This document shows positions 16,548 to 20,000 of a stretch of DNA of 20,000 bases, piece after piece. Source of the stretch: a bacterium (GTDB lineage: Bacteria > RUG730); the NCBI GenBank assembly GCA_031551405.1, contig JAVBNQ010000007.1:53925-73924 (forward strand), written 5' to 3'. The position numbers and the translations under genes are program-made. The notes beneath the pieces were generated by a model, which worked only from the letters and a program-made list of their open reading frames with translations, did not search any database and was not told the origin of the DNA. Numbering within the stretch: position 1 is the stretch's first letter; every line of letters starts with the position of its first letter.

Positions 16548-17826
16548 AATTTTCTGGTGACATTCGTTTCATTGAGCAAAATTCTCCGCACATAGTGCAA
16601 ACACCGTCTTTTTCCACGCCTTTTTCATCTAATCTGCGCTTTGCTTCATCTGGATTTATAGCCAAAGCTTTTTGTTTTTCCCAATCGAAATTTTTTCTGG
16701 CTTTTGAGATTTCGAGCGCCCAATTGTAAGCCTCCTTTTTGCCTTTTGCAAGGTCAACTGCATGAGCTGCAATTCTCGTTGCTATCAAGCCTTCTATCAA
16801 ATCTTGTTTGTCAGGCAGATGCAAATGCTCGGCCGGCGTCACAAAACATAAAAAGTTCGCGCCGTGCATTCCGGCGATTGCTCCACCGATGGCGGCTGTA
16901 ATGTGGTCGTAGCCAGGAGCCACGTCAGTCACGAGAGGCCCAAGAACATAAAAAGGAGCTCCATGGCAAAATTGTTTTTGTAATTCCATATTTTTTTGGA
17001 TTTCGTTTATTGGCACGTGACCAGGGCCTTCGATCATGACTTGAACGTCTTTATCCCAGGCTTTTAACGTGAGTTCGCCAAGAATCCCCAGCTCTTTAAT
17101 TTGCGCCCAGTCAGTTGCGTCAGCTATGCAACCGGGTCTTAAGCCGTCGCCAAGACTGAGAGTTGCATCGTACTTTTTTAGAATTTGCAAAAGCTTGTCA
17201 AAATTTGCGAAATACGGATTTTCTTTTTTATTTTTTAAGATCCATTCAGCCATTATTGCGCCGCCGCGACTTACAATTCCGGCTACGCGAGGTTTTTCAA
17301 GAAGATAATTTACGATTTCTCGAGTGACACCGCAATGAATTGTTACAAAATCCACGCCTTTCTCGAGCTGTTCTTCTACGACAGCAAGAAAATCAGATTC
17401 CGTCAATTTTTCAGCACCTTGTCCTTTGACTCGCTCCAATGCAGAATAAACAGGCACAGTCCCGACTGGAATAGTTGATTCAGAAATTACCATTTCTCTG
17501 ACTTCGCGGCTTTTATTTCCAACGCTGAGATCCATGATCGCGTCGGATTTATATTTTATCGCGAGTTCGAGTTTTTCTCTCTCACAATCGATGCCGGAAA
17601 GTTTCGGCGATGCCCCAATATTTACATTCACTTTTGTCAAAAGGCCATCTCCGATTGCAAATATTTTACGTTTTCCGTAGTTTTTATTGTTGATAGGAAC
17701 CGCTATTTTTCCGTTAGCTATTCCTCGTTTTATATCCTCGAGTGGTAAATTTTCGTTTTTAGCGATTTCGTTCATTATTTCGTTAGTTTTGCCTGCTCTC
17801 GCGATTTCCATTAAATTGTTTGACAT
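16534..17826 (-). CDS. thiC: Phosphomethylpyrimidine synthase ThiC (short, about 430 aa form)
   Basis: TKVNVNIGAS, DAIMDLS, PVGTVPVY, GVDFVTIHCG, GIVSRGG, SLGDGLRPG, VQVMIEGPGHVP, APFYVLGPLVTDVAPGYDHI, and C-terminal Fe-S motif CTMCGEFC. GAGGGA RBS upstream. Confidence 0.93.
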   Translation of the reverse strand: MSNNLMEIARAGKTNEIMNEIAKNENLPLEDIKRGIANGKIAVPINNKNYGKRKIFAIGDGLLTKVNVNIGASPKLSGIDCEREKLELAIKYKSDAIMDLSVGNKSREVREMVISESTIPVGTVPVYSALERVKGQGAEKLTESDFLAVVEEQLEKGVDFVTIHCGVTREIVNYLLEKPRVAGIVSRGGAIMAEWILKNKKENPYFANFDKLLQILKKYDATLSLGDGLRPGCIADATDWAQIKELGILGELTLKAWDKDVQVMIEGPGHVPINEIQKNMELQKQFCHGAPFYVLGPLVTDVAPGYDHITAAIGGAIAGMHGANFLCFVTPAEHLHLPDKQDLIEGLIATRIAAHAVDLAKGKKEAYNWALEISKARKNFDWEKQKALAINPDEAKRRLDEKGVEKDGVCTMCGEFCSMKRMSPENFTCK

Positions 17827-17855
17827 TTTTTCCCTCGTAAATCAATTTTATTTGG

Positions 17856-17863
17856 ATTATAAT
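17856..17863. promoter_or_regulatory. Palindromic ATTATAAT giving a consensus -10 hexamer on both strands in the divergent thiC/cinA gap
   Basis: TATAAT at 17858-17863 (+) and 17861-17856 (-). No good -35 element seen. Confidence 0.35.
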
Positions 17864-17967
17864 ACACGAAAAAAGGTTTAAAAACCATAAAAATTAATAG
17901 AACACTTGTTTTTGCTTTTTAAATAAGGCAAACTTGTGTCAAAATTTGGTTTAAGCGAGGCATAAAA

Positions 17968-19266
17968 TTGAAAAAAATCGTAAAAGTCGAAGTTTTAAGT
18001 ATCGGTTCGGAATTGTTGAAAAATAGGACGAATACGAATATTCTGAACATTGCAGCTTTTTTGGAAAAATTTAATCTCAAAATCAATAAATCTTATAATG
18101 TTCCCGATATAAAAAGTGAGATACAAGATGCTTTGAAATTTGCTTTAAATAATAGCGATCTCATTTTTTTGACAGGCGGACTCGGACCTACAGTCGACGA
18201 TATAACATTTGAAGCAGCGGGCGAATTGTTGAGTAAAAAATTGATATTTAAACCGGAAATTTTGCGGAAAATTGTGAAAAAATTGGAAGAAAAAAATAGA
18301 GTTTTAACTCGAGAATTAAAGCAAAACCTAAAAAAAATGGCGTATGTTTTGGAAGACGCTTTGATTCTAGACAACAAAATCGGCTCTGCCCAAGGTTTAA
18401 TATTAAATTTTGAAAAAAATAAGAATAAAAAAACTATCGTGTTTTTGCCAGGCCCGCCCGAAGAGCTTAATTGTATCCTTGAGAATGAGATTTCGAAATA
18501 TTTAAAAAAAGAAAACTGGTTAAATCTAAAAAATAGAGTTGAAAAGCAAGAAAAATTGGAATTTCAAACTTTTGGATTACCGGAATCTGTAGTCGACATA
18601 AAACTTAAAAAAATTTTAAAAACTTTAAAACATAAAAATGTTACTATTTCAATTTTGATAAAATCCGGCGTTATTTATGCAGGATTATTTTTTGAGAAAG
18701 ATAATAAGAGTTTTGAGTTTTTGAAAAATTTACGAGCTAAAATAAAACGTGAATTTGAAGAAAATATCTTGGTTTTTAGTGGAGAAAATGTAGTTGAAAT
18801 ATTGGTCAAAAGATTGACGAAATCGAAGGAGACGTTAGCAGTAGCAGAGTCTTGCAGTGGCGGATTAGTCGGGAAATTGATCACGGATATTCCCGGAAGT
18901 GCGTACGTTTTTCTCGGCGGAATAATTTCGTATTCGAATCAAGTTAAAGTTCGAGATTTGAAAGTGAGAGAAAAAACGCTTGAGGATTTCGGTGCTGTGA
19001 GCGAGGAGACTGCTTTAGAAATGGCGAATGGTGCACTAAAAAAGTTTGGAACGGATTATGCGATTTCGATTACCGGTATAGCCGGGCCAAAAGGAGCGAC
19101 GCCTGGCAAACCTGTCGGATTGGTTTATATTGGGATTGCATCGAGAAATTTCGGGACGAGTGTAGAAAGATTTGTATTTAGTGGTGATAGAGTTGCAATA
19201 CGAAAACGAGCGGCAATCACGAGTCTAGCTAAATTATTAAAGTTGCAAAATCGTCACAAAAAATAG
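17968..19266 (+). CDS. cinA: CinA-like protein (molybdopterin-binding-like domain plus PncC NMN deamidase domain)
   Basis: IGSELL...NTN, TGGLGPTVDDIT, LPGPPEEL; C-terminal AESCSGG, GSAYVFLGGIISYSN, GAVSEETA.EMA.G, ITGIAGP.G...KPVGLVYIG. TTG start with GAGG RBS. Confidence 0.93.
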   Translation: MKKIVKVEVLSIGSELLKNRTNTNILNIAAFLEKFNLKINKSYNVPDIKSEIQDALKFALNNSDLIFLTGGLGPTVDDITFEAAGELLSKKLIFKPEILRKIVKKLEEKNRVLTRELKQNLKKMAYVLEDALILDNKIGSAQGLILNFEKNKNKKTIVFLPGPPEELNCILENEISKYLKKENWLNLKNRVEKQEKLEFQTFGLPESVVDIKLKKILKTLKHKNVTISILIKSGVIYAGLFFEKDNKSFEFLKNLRAKIKREFEENILVFSGENVVEILVKRLTKSKETLAVAESCSGGLVGKLITDIPGSAYVFLGGIISYSNQVKVRDLKVREKTLEDFGAVSEETALEMANGALKKFGTDYAISITGIAGPKGATPGKPVGLVYIGIASRNFGTSVERFVFSGDRVAIRKRAAITSLAKLLKLQNRHKK

Positions 19267-19512
19267 AACTATTTTTCGTGAAAATTTATAGAATTTATAT
19301 TTTCGATTTCTGCTTTTGTTTCAGTTTTATCTTTAAAAATTGCTGAGCAATTTTTTCAAAACCCCATCATGAAGGAAAGTGGAAAAATTTTTGAAAAACT
19401 GTTAAGAAATTTTCAACTGTTTGAGCCCAATTTTTTGTGGCGAGTTTTGGAAATTTTAAGTTTTTTGAAAATTTTTACCTATATCCGGAATGTTTGGGGC
19501 GTCGTTTTCTTT

Positions 19513-19553
19513 TGGTTCATTTTCTTTCTGGACGAGCAAAAGAAAATGAACCA
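19513..19553. repeat. Perfect 15-bp inverted repeat (hairpin)
   Basis: TGGTTCATTTTCTTT (19513-19527), 11-nt loop CTGGACGAGCA, AAAGAAAATGAACCA (19539-19553). Confidence 0.85.
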
Positions 19554-19766
19554 GACTCGCAAAACAATTTTGGAAAAATAAAACCGCAGTCGTTAGCGGA
19601 AAAACAAAAGGGTGGGAAATTTTCTTGTTTTTTCACTATGGAAAAATAACAAAATCGGTTTAAAATTTCAGAAATTTATATTTTCGTTTTTTTACTCAAA
19701 ACTTCATTTTTCGCTCCAAGTCCACGCACTTTTAAGCTCGAACTTTAACTAGCGGCGTTCTTTTTC

Positions 19767-19801
19767 TTAGGAAAACCAAACTAAGCGTTGGTTTTTCCTA
19801 A
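19767..19801. repeat. 13-bp inverted repeat with a one-base bulge
   Basis: TTAGGAAAACCAA (19767-19779), loop ACTAAGCG, TTGGTTTTTCCTAA (19788-19801). Confidence 0.8.
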
Positions 19802-19820
19802 CACCTTTCCTTAGCTTTTT

Positions 19821-19864
19821 CTCGCAAAACTCGCTCCATTCCATTCCGCTCATACAGTTGCGAG
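19821..19864. repeat. 7-bp inverted repeat enclosing AACTCGCT...CGCTCATACAG
   Basis: CTCGCAA (19821-19827) and TTGCGAG (19858-19864), with an internal CCATT-CCATT duplication. Confidence 0.6.
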
Positions 19865-20000
19865 TATAGTTTTTTTATTTAACCCCCGTCTAATTTTTTC
19901 GCTCCTTCCTAAAGTCCTCTCGCCCAGCTTTTAAATTCCTTCAAACGTTTTTCTTTAAAATTCTTGTTTTAATTTTCTCTTTCTCGTGAGATTTTTTTGT

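Noticed and set aside
16292-18884. Short ORFs antisense to yqeK, thiC and cinA
   Set aside because: Shadow ORFs of conserved genes.
19369-19649. Two overlapping 70-aa + strand ORFs after cinA
   Set aside because: Low-complexity F/K-rich translations without RBS or motifs, running through a perfect palindrome; better explained as non-coding repeat DNA.
19267-20000. CRISPR array, tRNA or rRNA in the non-coding tail
   Set aside because: No regularly spaced direct repeats and no cloverleaf or rRNA signature; only isolated inverted repeats.

Overview
AT-rich bacterial DNA from a diderm organism; the gene mix is reminiscent of Elusimicrobiota, which is inference only. The left 14 kb is one tightly packed + strand cluster. 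It starts with the 3' part of a giant surface protein (open from base 2, at least 2777 aa) built of about 23 complete Ig-like IPT/TIG-type repeats, three FlgD-Ig-like modules and a T9SS-type 'YPNP...K' C-terminal sorting domain. That gene overlaps by one base with a PorV/UPF0164-like beta-barrel gene. A reduced Tad/Flp pilus set follows: two Flp pilins missed by the ORF track, TadE, CpaB/RcpC, a secretin with no periplasmic N-domains, and a TadZ(CpaE)-TadA(CpaF) fusion. No tadB, tadC or prepilin peptidase gene lies in the window. Further right are a small DUF3566-like membrane protein, a lone BatD-family protein, yqeK, thiC (minus strand, no TPP riboswitch seen), cinA, and a non-coding tail with several strong palindromes. 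The best candidate for an undescribed system is the linkage of a T9SS-like cargo and barrel pair with a minimal Tad machine. All family calls come from motif recognition by eye; no searches were run.
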